From NCBI GenBank assembly GCA_002633005.1, contig NMRA01000047.1:1173137-1237136 (forward strand): a stretch of DNA of 64,000 nucleotides, given 5' to 3'. The stretch comes from Phoronis australis. Taxonomy: Eukaryota > Animalia > Phoronida. Both the position numbers and the translations under genes were made by a program. The first letter of the stretch is position 1; each line of letters opens with the position of its first letter. Positions 25,801 to 36,643 of this stretch are shown in pieces. The notes beneath the pieces are model-generated. The model had not been told where the DNA came from. It did not search any database and saw nothing but the letters and a program-made list of their open reading frames with translations.

Positions 25801-28800
25801 AGTCGTGTCGGTTTTATCAAAACCACAAGTCTCGAAACAACTAAACTGTACAGAAGTCGATTTGGTTTTACCAAAACCACAATTCTCGAACCAACTAAAC
25901 TGTACAGAAGTCGAGTTGGTTTTATCAAGCTTCGGTAACACCAAATGTTCGTTGTGATGCAATTTCTCAGTAATTGTTATGAAAACTAAATCACCACATT
26001 AAAGAACCCAAACAAAGGGTTTCACCCTGAAACACGAAAAAACAACATTCAAAAATGGCTTCAAGGTCAACAAAGCACGACAGCAACTGTTAATTTTTCA
26101 AAAACTTTTCATCGTAATATTATAAATGAGAGTTGTCTACAAGCAACCTACTACACAAGATTACAAGGACTCAAAATGATGGCCTAACTTCAGCATTCCT
26201 CAAACTTTCTGAAAAAGTGGCATTGGTCTTGGACAGGCACCAAATAACATACACACCTGTAACAGCTCACAACACACATGCAACCTTTTACTAGGTCACC
26301 AGAAAGTGAACAATGGGGTTAACAAGGTGCAGGTAGGGTAACCTCTGACCCTTAGTTCAACCACCAATGCGGATGAGTCCAAAATGTTGAGGGAGAGCAA
26401 GTCACAAGATAGGTGTAAAGAAGTCTACAGTACTCCACACAATGACTGAGGGGCATCAAAATTTCAGTTTTATAAATGTTACAAATCGTTACTTGACGAT
26501 TTCTCTAAAAAAACACTATTATATCAGTTATGACAAATCATAATGTGACCGTTTAATTAACAAGTTGGTCTCCGTGGAGAATTTCTGTGTTCTTGATGTA
26601 GCTTCTTCAGCTGTTAGTGATTGTAGCATTCTAGTACCGCACATCGCTACTGATCAAACGACAAAAAAGCATAACGATTACTTCCTGTTATTACCTCAGC
26701 AGCCAGCTTGGTGTCTGTAGCGTCTCTTACATGGCTGAGACAGATGTCCACACCACACACAAATTCTGTCATCATCTTATCCATAAGGCACGTGCGCAAC
26801 TCGCGCAAGTACAGTACCCGTCTAGCTGCCGTCAACAAAAGGTAGTGTGGCAGAGGTCGCTTCTGCCACACGGCTTGATCCTCCTAGAATGACAACCAAC
26901 TTTTATGATGCAATGGTAGGTGAGAAAGCAGACTACTAACGCTACCTGACGGCACTTTGTCATTTGTGTTATTTTTGTTGACAAATCGAAACAAATAACC
27001 TATCATTCACTGGACAAACTAAAATTTTGCATGTACAGAAAGTAATGACTACGACCATTGAAAAATCTTCAAGTGTATTGCGCTAAAAACAGATGAACAC
27101 AGGGTTACAGATATTTCACTAAATATGTTGGAAAATTATAAAAAATCAGCTTGAAGCACAGAACACATGCCGAGCCAAAGAAAGCTCAACAGCACAGATG
27201 CATCACAAATATTGCGCACAAACACAACTAGCCTGGGGTGGCCCAGGAGTTACTTTCTCCATTCCAAAAGACAGTCCCTGTGCCACAGTCTTGGCCTTAG
27301 TCAGCTGTGTACATCAATTCGCACACGGCTCTCCCAAAATACCTCCATGCACTCCTTGCGCACATGTGTCGTGTCAACCATCTCTGGTGATATGTTGAGG
27401 TAATGGAAAAGACACGTGGTCAGACTGTTGACGTAACGCGGCAGGTCTCCGTCATGTTTTAGCCGGTAGATGATGACATCAGCAACTTGCGTGTCAAAAA
27501 CGTTGACCATCTTCAGATCGTACTGGTGATATAACATGTCGGACACAAACCTACAGTCATGACACACCTACAGCAATAAACAAGACAGCATAAAGTAATG
27601 GTGTTTCCATATTGTTGGTGACATGTCAAACAAATTCACGTTTCCTACACACATCATGTTTTGAGTAAGAATTATTCGCTTCTAACACAGCATAAGTTGA
27701 TAGCATCACATGACATACAATTAAATCTGAAAAGATCCATGTCTTGACTGAGGGATTTACTGAAACCCTTGAAGTCAACTGAGTTATCAATGTCTGCATG
27801 GATTGCAGAGTCCTGAGTTTGAGCCCAGTTGTGATAAAAAATCTTTTGAGTTAACTACAGGTCACGTGATGTGACAGATACATGGCGTGCAAAATACTAA
27901 TAATTCCTACTCATATCAAACCAAAATACAATTTACAGCACATTCATATATTGTGTTTTCACTTCTGATGCGTTAGCCAGGACATCACCATGATTTTCCA
28001 CATGCCCAAAATTCCAGGAAGACTTACTTCCATTTTCAACACTGACCAAGGATAATAGATTTATGGTGTGATGTCTCATGGAATGTTGGCTGTGAATCAT
28101 TGTTGACAACCACCTAATGCCCACTAATTGGGGGAAGTTACAGTTGCACATGAACTTCTTTTCTCATTTCCAAAAATTTCCAGGTTTTGCAAGACTAGTG
28201 GGTACAATGCCATTCAACAGTGAGAGGCCATACTGGTGCAAAAGTAATGAAATGAACTGCGCAAAAAAGTAAAAAGTAATGTCTTGATTTATTAGACAAC
28301 TCTTATCTCAATACCACTGAGTGTAAACTTGCATGTCATCAACTGAACAAGGACTTGTGATTTTCTCAAAAAATTCGGTCATCCTGAGTACCTGAGCTGG
28401 CTATTCAGGATGGCCAACCGCAATGCAATTGCATTATGGGTGTAACTGCTCTGTTGTCAATGGTTTCGATCTAGTTTGGATTAACAACTTCCCACAATCC
28501 ACTGCAAGGTCAAGTTACAGTTGATAGCTTGTTTTTTAAGGTTATTTGGGACCCTAGAAAATTGAAATTAGGGTAACTTTAAAAAGTTGTATCTAAGAAA
28601 TGACGCATTTGATTCAAATGAAACTTTCACATGCTATGTTCTATGCATTGTTCTCCAAATCAGAACTTGCATATAGAATTGCTTTTAAAATGTTCCACTT
28701 TAGCATCAGGGGCTATGAAAAATAATACTTTTAAGATTTTCATGAAAAAAATCAAAAGATGCATAAAACATAAAAAGCTGTATCAACAGCATTTCTGCGG

Positions 28801-31800
28801 ACATTTCATCTAATGTCTCACATAATATGATTGTGTCATTGATACCATTGTCCAACTATGACAGCGTACCTTTTTTGCTAAGACAGTAACAGATTGGTAC
28901 TAAAAGTTAAAAATCAAAGTATTACTACCTGTAGAAATTTGGCTAAATGCACATTCTTGTTGATATGTCAAACATAGGTGGCACTGCTCAGGAATATATC
29001 TTATGCGAGCTCAGAAGCAAGGTGTATTTTTGTCCCACTTCCCTTGGCGTCGTGGTGTTAATATACCACGGCCCAGTGGAAATATGTTTGAGGTTTGTAA
29101 GACCTCAGAGCTAAGACAACATGCAAGATTATGCAACAAAATGGAGATTTTGTCCTACTTTTCTGCTACATTGGAAACCCACCATTGAAACCTACCTTCT
29201 GTATAGAAGAGCTGGTGAGAATCTGCCCCAATCCACAGCTGAAACAGTCATGACCTAAGGCACGGATGTCAAAAAGAAAAATGAAGCTCTTTGTAGCAAC
29301 CTGAAACAAAGACAACTGCTACAGTGTATAGGAACATTAAGATTTTCATGGCCAAAAATACACCATGGTCATGAGGACTTTGCAGTAAATCACAGAAAAT
29401 CTTATATCACAGTGCCGCTATTTTTGGCATAGTCATGCATGTTTCAGGTGTTGTATTTAGTATCGGTATAAACTGCTGAACGTATGTCTAGTGCTAATAA
29501 TGTTAAGTGGCACAATTTCAACACTAAGTGTTCAAGGCTTCCTTTTCTGTATTTGACCTTAATCTGTGTGGTTTGAAGCACCCACTAAGCTGAAATCAAT
29601 ACATGATTTATCTAGTCTGGAAATCACCTATCCAGCAAAAGAGACTTTCCATATACAGAAAGAAGACTTGATCAAACTTGAGTGAAACTGATAAATGGGT
29701 CCTTCTGAATACTCAAAATTTCATGCTGGAGAATGAACGACTTCGGCATACCTGTACCCAGCACAGTTTACCATCTCGTCCCAGCTTAACTCCCTCCAGA
29801 GCAATGCATAATACTGACTGGCTGCTGAGGTAATGAATCTGTAAAATAATCAACACCACGGTATGAAACTAATGTGACAGAAAATAACCCAACTTAAACC
29901 AAATAGCATTAATATAATCCGAATCCACTATGCCCTCACTTATCTACAGCAAAAATAACAACATGAATACTAACTCTACACATAAATATGTACATTCTAA
30001 CAAACTCTTCATATGGCACAACCAAAATCGATCTCAAATAGGCAAACACAGAGAAGAAACTCCCACCAAGGAAAATAAATAGCATCTGTCCAACAGAGAG
30101 AATATAGAATCTGTGACCTCGTCATAGTGTATCTAATCTTTAAGGTTATTATGTTCTCACAGTTTTGACGAACAGTGCATAAAGTATAGTATCTGAAAGT
30201 TTCATATGAATAGGATCAGTCATTTCACAGATATGGTGTTCCAAATTTAACCAAATTTTGACATTTTTCTAGGATAAAACAAAACCCTAACCACCACAAC
30301 ACTACAACCATTCAATCATTAACTTCATGAGCTCATCTTAAGATTCATTGGATAAATCGTTTGGTAAAAACTGAAACTATATTATTTACTTATTTGTTCA
30401 ATGAACTCACCACGTCGTCAAACTGCTGGTCAATCTGATCAATGATAACGAAACAGTCTGGCCTCTCTTTGGCGCCCGGGCTAGCAGCAGACTGCTTAGA
30501 AACTGTGGGAGGAAATTTGACACTCAGAGAACTGGTAGCATAAAAGCGACCATGACGGCACGCCATTATATGACATACTCAAAGTTTTGAAAACACTCCT
30601 CAGTCAACCTCAGCCAAGAGTTTGGTGTGTCGATCAAATCACACAACTCACTCTCCAGTACTGCTCATAAATAATTCATACATTTAAGTACAAATATTAT
30701 TGGTAATCCAGCTTCTAATAAAACAGAGCTGACCAGTGACAATGTCTCTCACTCCATCTCTGCTTTATTAAATTGGCATACATAATGACTTTTCAGAATT
30801 ATAATAACATCTGTTAAAATACATGTATGCGATATTTAATTTCGTCTACTTAAAGCAACTCCTTTGATACTTGATGGGAAGATAATTCCAAAATTTGCAA
30901 AATGCTTAATGCATTCTGGTTGCACCTATACTTAAAGCTGCATTTGTGCCCCTTTCACTGTCAGTGTTGAACTCTTAACTGAAGTGCTCAGGGGTTTGAA
31001 GTATTACCAAGCTCATCTGATCTCGAGTTGTTGCCGAATGAGTCAGCAACTAAGTTACAGGCAATGCGAGCATGCGCCATTTTCGAATTCGAAATTATAG
31101 GCCATGCCAATCCCAGAAAACTACGAAACATTTTCTTGAATTACTGATCGTTCTGATGCTGTTTTGCCAATGGAAATAAAATCCTATCATGGTAAGGAAT
31201 ACTATGAAACCAATTTCGATGAGAGTCAGAGTCCTAATTCCAGTTTTATCCAGCTAAATAGGACGGAATGCAGCTTTAATTGAACTGTACTCACACTGTG
31301 TTTCCTGTAGTTTGACAGGGCCGGGTCTACCCTTGTCTCCACCTTCTTCGTCACACGAGTAGTAACCACGAGACACCAGATGCGTTCCCGGGTTAAAGTC
31401 CACCATTCGACTAAGGTGAGGAGTAGCTATTTTCCGCCCAAGCAGAACGGGACCCTTGTCTCTGTGAACGACCAAGACTGTGGTAACAAAAGCCTTGCCA
31501 AAAACACTGAATACTTTCAATTTCAATGTCCCTGTTTGTGCTTTAACAAAATAACATAATACAAACAATTCAATAGAACATTAATGTTTTTATGTCTGAA
31601 AAATGCTTTTTAAGATTATTGTTGGATGGGACAGATGTTTTGTATACTAAGTTATTATGTTTTAACCAGTGCTGTAAAACAATAATTTCCGCTGTTTCTT
31701 GCGATTTTATTACAAATTGCCAATTCTCGTCATTGTCTTCTAGATGTTCGTTGAAACCAATCGAATACACTTAAACTACTCAGCTATTTAACGTGTGTGT

Positions 31801-34800
31801 TTGGCACTACTGTGGATGCAGTGGGTTTGACTACATGCTACTGTTTGTCTACAAGCTACTGTTTGACTACATGCTACTGTTTGTCTACATGCTACTGTTT
31901 GACTACATGCTACTGTTTGACTACATGCTACTGTTTGACTACATGCTACTGTTTGACTACATGCTACTGTTTGACTACATGCTACTGTTTGACTACATGC
32001 TACTGTTTGACTACATGCTACTGTTTGACTACATGCTACTGTTTATTTCTGAAAAAACAGTTTTCTTGTTGGCAATGTGCTTTTAATGCAGACCACGCAA
32101 TAAATCTCAACAGTCAGAGTTTGTGCACATGGCAAAGATTAGAGACTTATTGCACATCATATGCAAGAGGGTCACACATAAATGCACGGTGTGTCTAAAT
32201 TGCTCTGTAGAAAGTATCCATACGCTGCACCTGGACATTTACAAGGATCGGGAAATTTGCATTTAAGGTAAAATTTCAGCAATTACAGACAAAATAATTT
32301 CCAAAATTGAACTTTTTTCATTTTTCAAGGGCTATTAACATTGTTGTGAAAGCCCACAAGTTTTCAAAATATTTTCTGTTGGTAGCTATGATACATAACT
32401 TAGATATGGCAAAGCATCATGCTGATATTGTACACTGTTTATGAAAATATGAGAAAATAAAATTTCACCTGTACACCACATTGTGGTGAACAGTTGAAAA
32501 TATTTTTTACTTACTCTTTATCAAGCTTGGCATTTCTGTAGTCATCAAGAACATCAACTGTAAAATAGAAGCAAACACATTATGAGACCTCGTACAAATT
32601 GCAACTGAAATTTTCTATGTTGCCATAAAATAAATTAACTAACACATCCGATAATACACCATTCACAATTTCTAAAAACAAATGAAAAGAATTGCTAAGC
32701 AATGAAAGGCTGTGCATCCAATTATATCAAAGGCAACGCGGATCCGTTTGGTAAATTACAAACACCAAAGCTACAAGGAGCGCTAATTATCACAAACCTT
32801 GCCAACAAAAACAACAAAAGTACTGTAAACATTTAAACTGCCACTAAATGCCATTTTGTACCAGTAATTAGTTATTGTAGCAACAATACTTACGTTTGCT
32901 TATTTCACATCGAAAGAAATTCCGAAACTTGTCCTTTTTCCCATTTTTAATGACTGCAATGAACAGAGAAAATGATCAGGCTAATAACACATATAAGCAA
33001 ATAATGCAACAGAAAATCTTGTGAGCGAATCACAGAAACTTTAATAGTCATGCCAGTGACAACAGGACAATCAGTTAAAAGGGGCATTGTTGGCATGAAC
33101 AGTAACTTTCTGATAACAGTCTCAGCGTTAAATCGAACCTGCAACGGTTGTGGTCACTGCCTAATGCCCTGCTGATGGAGTTAAACCCTACTTGATAAAT
33201 TACAAAGTATTTCAAGAGCATTTAACTGGTAAAGTCACCGACCATGACGTTAGCATGGCAGACAATAGCCAGAATTGGCAACTTGTAATAAAATCACAAA
33301 AACAGAACAGATTTTCGTTGTTTTACAGCTCTGGCCAATCTAACAACAATAGTGCCAAATTGTGAAGCGGAAGTGTAAGACCAAATTTCTGTCTTAAATC
33401 TAGAGTAAGCTACTATTCAGGTTGTAGCGTAAATGGCAAAATCTTTGGTACACTCAGTGAGTTTATATCTAAAAATGTCCTGAGCTGCTGATCTTGCTGT
33501 GGAAAGCAGCAACACAGGGAACTGTTGCAGTGTCTTGGCGCAGATTGTCCCACAGTCTAATGGAAGTTGTGAGGTGAAAAATCTTTATGGGGGATATGAA
33601 AGGATAGTGGTTGTGCTTAGAAGAGCGAGTAGGCAGCGAAGGTATCAAGAAGCCTACAGCTTTGACAGCAACAACCCCATGAACAATTTTGTAAAACAAC
33701 ACGAGTTACATATCTGGATTTCTGTTACCTAACCATCTTTAGTTGAGTTGCTGAAGCCTATCTGCCTATACCTGTCGCACACTCTGGTCTGAATTATGCC
33801 AATTCTCTTGATACTGCATTCAGTATGGGTCCGCAACGCCAAAAGCGTATTCGAGGATAGATCTTACAAGAGATTTGTAAGCGATTTCTTTAATTTGTGA
33901 GTTACTAACATGAATCTTCATAGCAAACAGTTTCAATTTTTTTTCTTTTGCAGTGATGTTGTCTACAGGTGAATTCCAAAAAGATAAATCAATGTGTATA
34001 TAGAAAACTAAGATATTTAGCTGAGCCAACAGTCAGTGTTTGACTGTGAAGTTGTTAATGGGTATTGGAAGTTTGGGATGAACATTTCATCAGCTATTTA
34101 TTCTTCGAGGCAGTAGGTTTGTCAAGGTCATGTTGAAGCTGAGTCAGATTCATTTTTAATTATCAATGATTCTCATTACCTTTTGTACATAGAAGAACCC
34201 CTTAGGAGGCCGCTGATGTCTTTAATTCCTTCCACTTAGAACAAATACTCCCGTCATAAAACATTTTCTTTGAGCAGTCTTTTTTCAGTTGCCCAAATCG
34301 GCAACTGGACATTTTTACACTGCAAACACTCGTCAGGAGCACGCGCAGAGTTAAAAATGGCCAGTTGCTGATTTGAGTAACTGAACGAAGCACTGGTCAA
34401 AGATGGATTATGGGAGTATTTGTTTAAGTTGGAAGGAATACGCAAAAGGTGCTTAAAACAATGTGACTTTAATGTTTTAATCAGTATGAGGCATAATTTG
34501 TTGAAAAACTTCCGGCGTATGAAGCTCCTACTGGGGCAAGACTGTCTCTGCTGGCAGTGCCAGTCAGTAGAGACAGTGGAGCTCCTACAGGCGCTTCCTA
34601 TACCGGAAGCTTTTCAGCAAATTATATCTCGCACTGACTAAAACCTCAAAGTCACGTTGTTATAAATACCTTTAGCGCATAGAGGGACACCTTAGCCTAA
34701 GGCTTAGGAGGCTGTCGATGTCTTTAATTCCTTCCAACTCGAACAAATAGTCTTGTTATCAAACTTTTTCTTCGAGCAGTCCCTCGTTCAATTCACAAAA

Positions 34801-36206
34801 TTGGTAGCTTGCCATTTTCACTCTGCACATGCCACGGGATATGACGTCATACTACCAGCCGAGTATGCAGTGTTAAAAATGGTAAGTTACCGATTTTGGG
34901 AAATGCTCGAAGAAAAAGTTTGATAACAGGAGTATTTGTTCGAGTTGGATGACATTAAAGTACACCGACGGCCTCCTAAGGTGTCCCTCTATGTGCAAAA
35001 GGTATTTATAACAACGTGACTTTGATGTTTTAGTCAGTGCGAGGCATAATTTGCTGAAAACCTTCCGGCGTATGAAGTGCTTATAGGAGCTCCACCGTCC
35101 TACTGGCACCACCAGTAGGACGGTGGTCACTGTCAATACTGGGGCCAGCTACAGTGAAGACGGTGGTCATTGTCTAAGACTAAGTGCCCTGCCCCTAGCC
35201 CTGGTGCTGTGACCCTATGCCATACTCAAGTGGTCCTTAACTCCTGCAACCTTCCAAGCGCACCGTCCTGAGGTATGCGGGTACTAGTTGGCAGTGCTTC
35301 ATCGGTATATCATCCCTTTGCTGACTACGCCAATTGTAGTGATAGCCGAGATTACCTGACCTCGGGAATCGAATCAGCGACCCCCATAAAACCGGCAAGC
35401 GTGCTAACCATTCAGCTAATAGGCAATTGCACATTAGCGAGTGGCTAACAGAGGCTCATATATGACTCACCGGAAGCACTTTCACAACACCACTTAACCC
35501 ACCACACATTGTTTTGGAAAAGAAACGAAGATGAAGTAAATATGCAACCACAGGCACACTCATCAGCCGCTCGACATAACACCATAACATATAGTATTGT
35601 AGTAAATGTCGACGTCAGTCTCAGCTGTGGCGTCTCTATGTTGTGATGTCCTTTTCATTACAATGTTGGTCTTGGCCTGGTGCGACACCTGATGCCAGAA
35701 GTGCCCAGCAGAGATCACCCTGTCATCACATGACCAGTCACCTCTCAAGACCACGTGACAAGATCGTCTGGACCTTCTGGAGTTTGCGGCCGTCCTGTCA
35801 CAGGACACAGGACCTGTGCCGACGTGATATAACAAGTAAACTCTAGACTTTACTCTTCATCGTGTTCAATAGGCCAAACCTGTTCGACTGTAGCAGTAGC
35901 TGCAGCCGATTAATACAACAGTGTCATCAGTCATGTCGAAGGAGCCCTGATAAAAGTGCCTGGTGACTGGTGTGGACCAGTGACAGTGGATGTGGCTGTC
36001 GTGTCGTCTTATCCGCCAACGACACGAACGCTCAACTTACACGCTTTACCTCAGAAATTTAAAATCCATTTCAAAAGCCACTCACCTCTTTCAATGGAAA
36101 TGCGTTCAGTCTCCGGGTCCACCGACTTAACCGTGCCTTCATAAACGTCATCAGCGACTTTTAATTTTACTCGGCAACCGACGTAATCACACACAGAATC
36201 CGACAT
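22845..36206 (-). CDS. EXD1: EXD1, exonuclease 3'-5' domain-containing 1 (piRNA biogenesis pseudonuclease with N-terminal Lsm-like domain), 11 coding exons
   Basis: Exons (minus strand): 36206-36086, 32953-32894, 32557-32515, 31461-31295, 30502-30411, 29838-29752, 29300-29196, 27567-27343, 26883-26695, 24475-24244, 23881-22845. All are GT-AG with matching phases. Motifs IALEGVKLGRDGKLCWVQVAT, LFDI, VCHDCRFVSDMLYHQY..NVFDTQVAD and WQKRPLP match the recalled EXD1 family. The N-terminus YVGCRVKLKV..YEGTVKSVD is Lsm-like. Confidence 0.9.
24658..25138 (-). mobile_element. Second, internally deleted copy of the same HINE family (EXD1 intron 9)
   Basis: Shares both termini (AACAAGAGCAACGCAGAGCGTTG and ATGTGGGCGCATAAAAA) and about two core units with 19386-20927. 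Confidence 0.8.
25381..25752. repeat. Minisatellite, ~8 x 46-48 bp
   Basis: CAGTGGCACTGAGT recurs at 25407, 25455, 25503, 25551, 25599, 25645, 25691 and 25739. Confidence 0.95.
25777..25930. repeat. Tandem repeat, ~3 x 54 bp
   Basis: Unit CTCGAACCAACTAAACTGTACAGAAGTCGA...GGTTTTA(T/C)CAA. Confidence 0.85.
30936..31275. mobile_element. Kolobok-type MITE
   Basis: TTAA|AGCTGCATT ... AATGCAGCT|TTAA: short TIR with a TTAA target duplication. It ends ~19 bp from the EXD1 exon 4 donor. Confidence 0.55.
31826..32045. repeat. Minisatellite, ~12 x 18 bp (TTTGACTACATGCTACTG)
   Basis: Nearly perfect tandem units are directly visible. Confidence 0.97.
33430..34140 (-). mobile_element. Degenerate non-LTR retrotransposon (CR1/L2-group) ORF2 3' fragment
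   Basis: Broken peptides KEIAYKSLVRSILEYA and LFYKIVHGVVAV...TSIRLWDNL resemble the region downstream of RT in CR1-like LINEs; multiple stops and frameshifts. Confidence 0.65.
34170..35180. mobile_element. Cluster of foldback family A arms in EXD1 intron 1
   Basis: Arms at ~34180-34320 (+), ~34350-34530 (-), ~34595-34825 (+) and ~34875-35090 (-), with the same CCGGAAG, AGAGGGACACC and TTCCAACT landmarks as 13675-14470. Confidence 0.7.
35190..35425 (-). mobile_element. tRNA-derived SINE
   Basis: The minus-strand head TAGCTGAATGGTTAGCACG...GATTCGATTCCCG has Pol III A-box and B-box motifs but no complete cloverleaf, and is followed by a non-tRNA body. Confidence 0.55.
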
Positions 36207-36643
36207 TGTTGTTGATATCCCATGTGTTTCCGGTTTGGCTGGCACGCCATCTGGTGAACCCTCGAGTGAGTTCTTGAACTGTGACTTGATCTTCACACAC
36301 GTCTTCTACGGACTTGTTATCTTATTCATTATCGGGCTGCTCAGTGGTAGTGCATAGGTGAAAGGTGATTGATGGTACACTGTTCAAAGACAGAACGTCT
36401 CACATGATGACTAAAGATACGGTGGTCGTTTTACTTCGAATCTGATGATAATCTAAAGCCCACCTGATCTCTGCCACCATGTTTGTGCCATAGTTGAACT
36501 TGACATGGGAAACCCTGGTGCTGAGATTTAGTTAAGAGGGACTTAGCTGTTTGTTTATAGGCCAACTGGAATTGGCACATCTGCAAACGTGTGGTTTTGC
36601 AACGGACAAGCAACTGGAGAATTTATTTCCTCAAATTGCTGAC
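36207..36643. promoter_or_regulatory. Putative bidirectional promoter between EXD1 and GALC
   Basis: Only 437 bp separate the divergent ATGs. It contains TTTCCGGT (ETS-like), CGCCATCT (YY1-like) and TCACATGA (36400-36407). An acceptor-like TTTGTTTATAG at ~36550-36560 suggests a GALC 5'UTR intron. Confidence 0.55.

Noticed and set aside
25354-25962. Repetitive ORFs and CRISPR-like periodicity
   Set aside because: These are head-to-tail 48-bp and 54-bp minisatellites without unique spacers, in a eukaryotic intron with no cas genes.
26520-26690. Possible extra EXD1 exon downstream of exon 9
   Set aside because: Exon 9 joins exon 10 in phase and keeps family similarity; no in-phase acceptor/donor pair was found here.
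31793-32198. Repetitive ORFs (FDYMLL)n and (TTCYCL)n
   Set aside because: They are translations of an 18-bp intronic minisatellite, with no splice or start context.
35355-35425. Possible tRNA gene
   Set aside because: A and B boxes are present but there is no acceptor stem or cloverleaf; treated as a SINE head.
35530-35570. Minus-strand CTGATGAG followed by a stem, resembling a hammerhead ribozyme core
   Set aside because: The required GAAA after stem II is absent (it reads TTAC).
36551-36643. 31-aa N-terminal extension of GALC in the ORF track
   Set aside because: It starts at a non-ATG codon overlapping an acceptor-like sequence; the ATG at 36644 gives a normal signal peptide.
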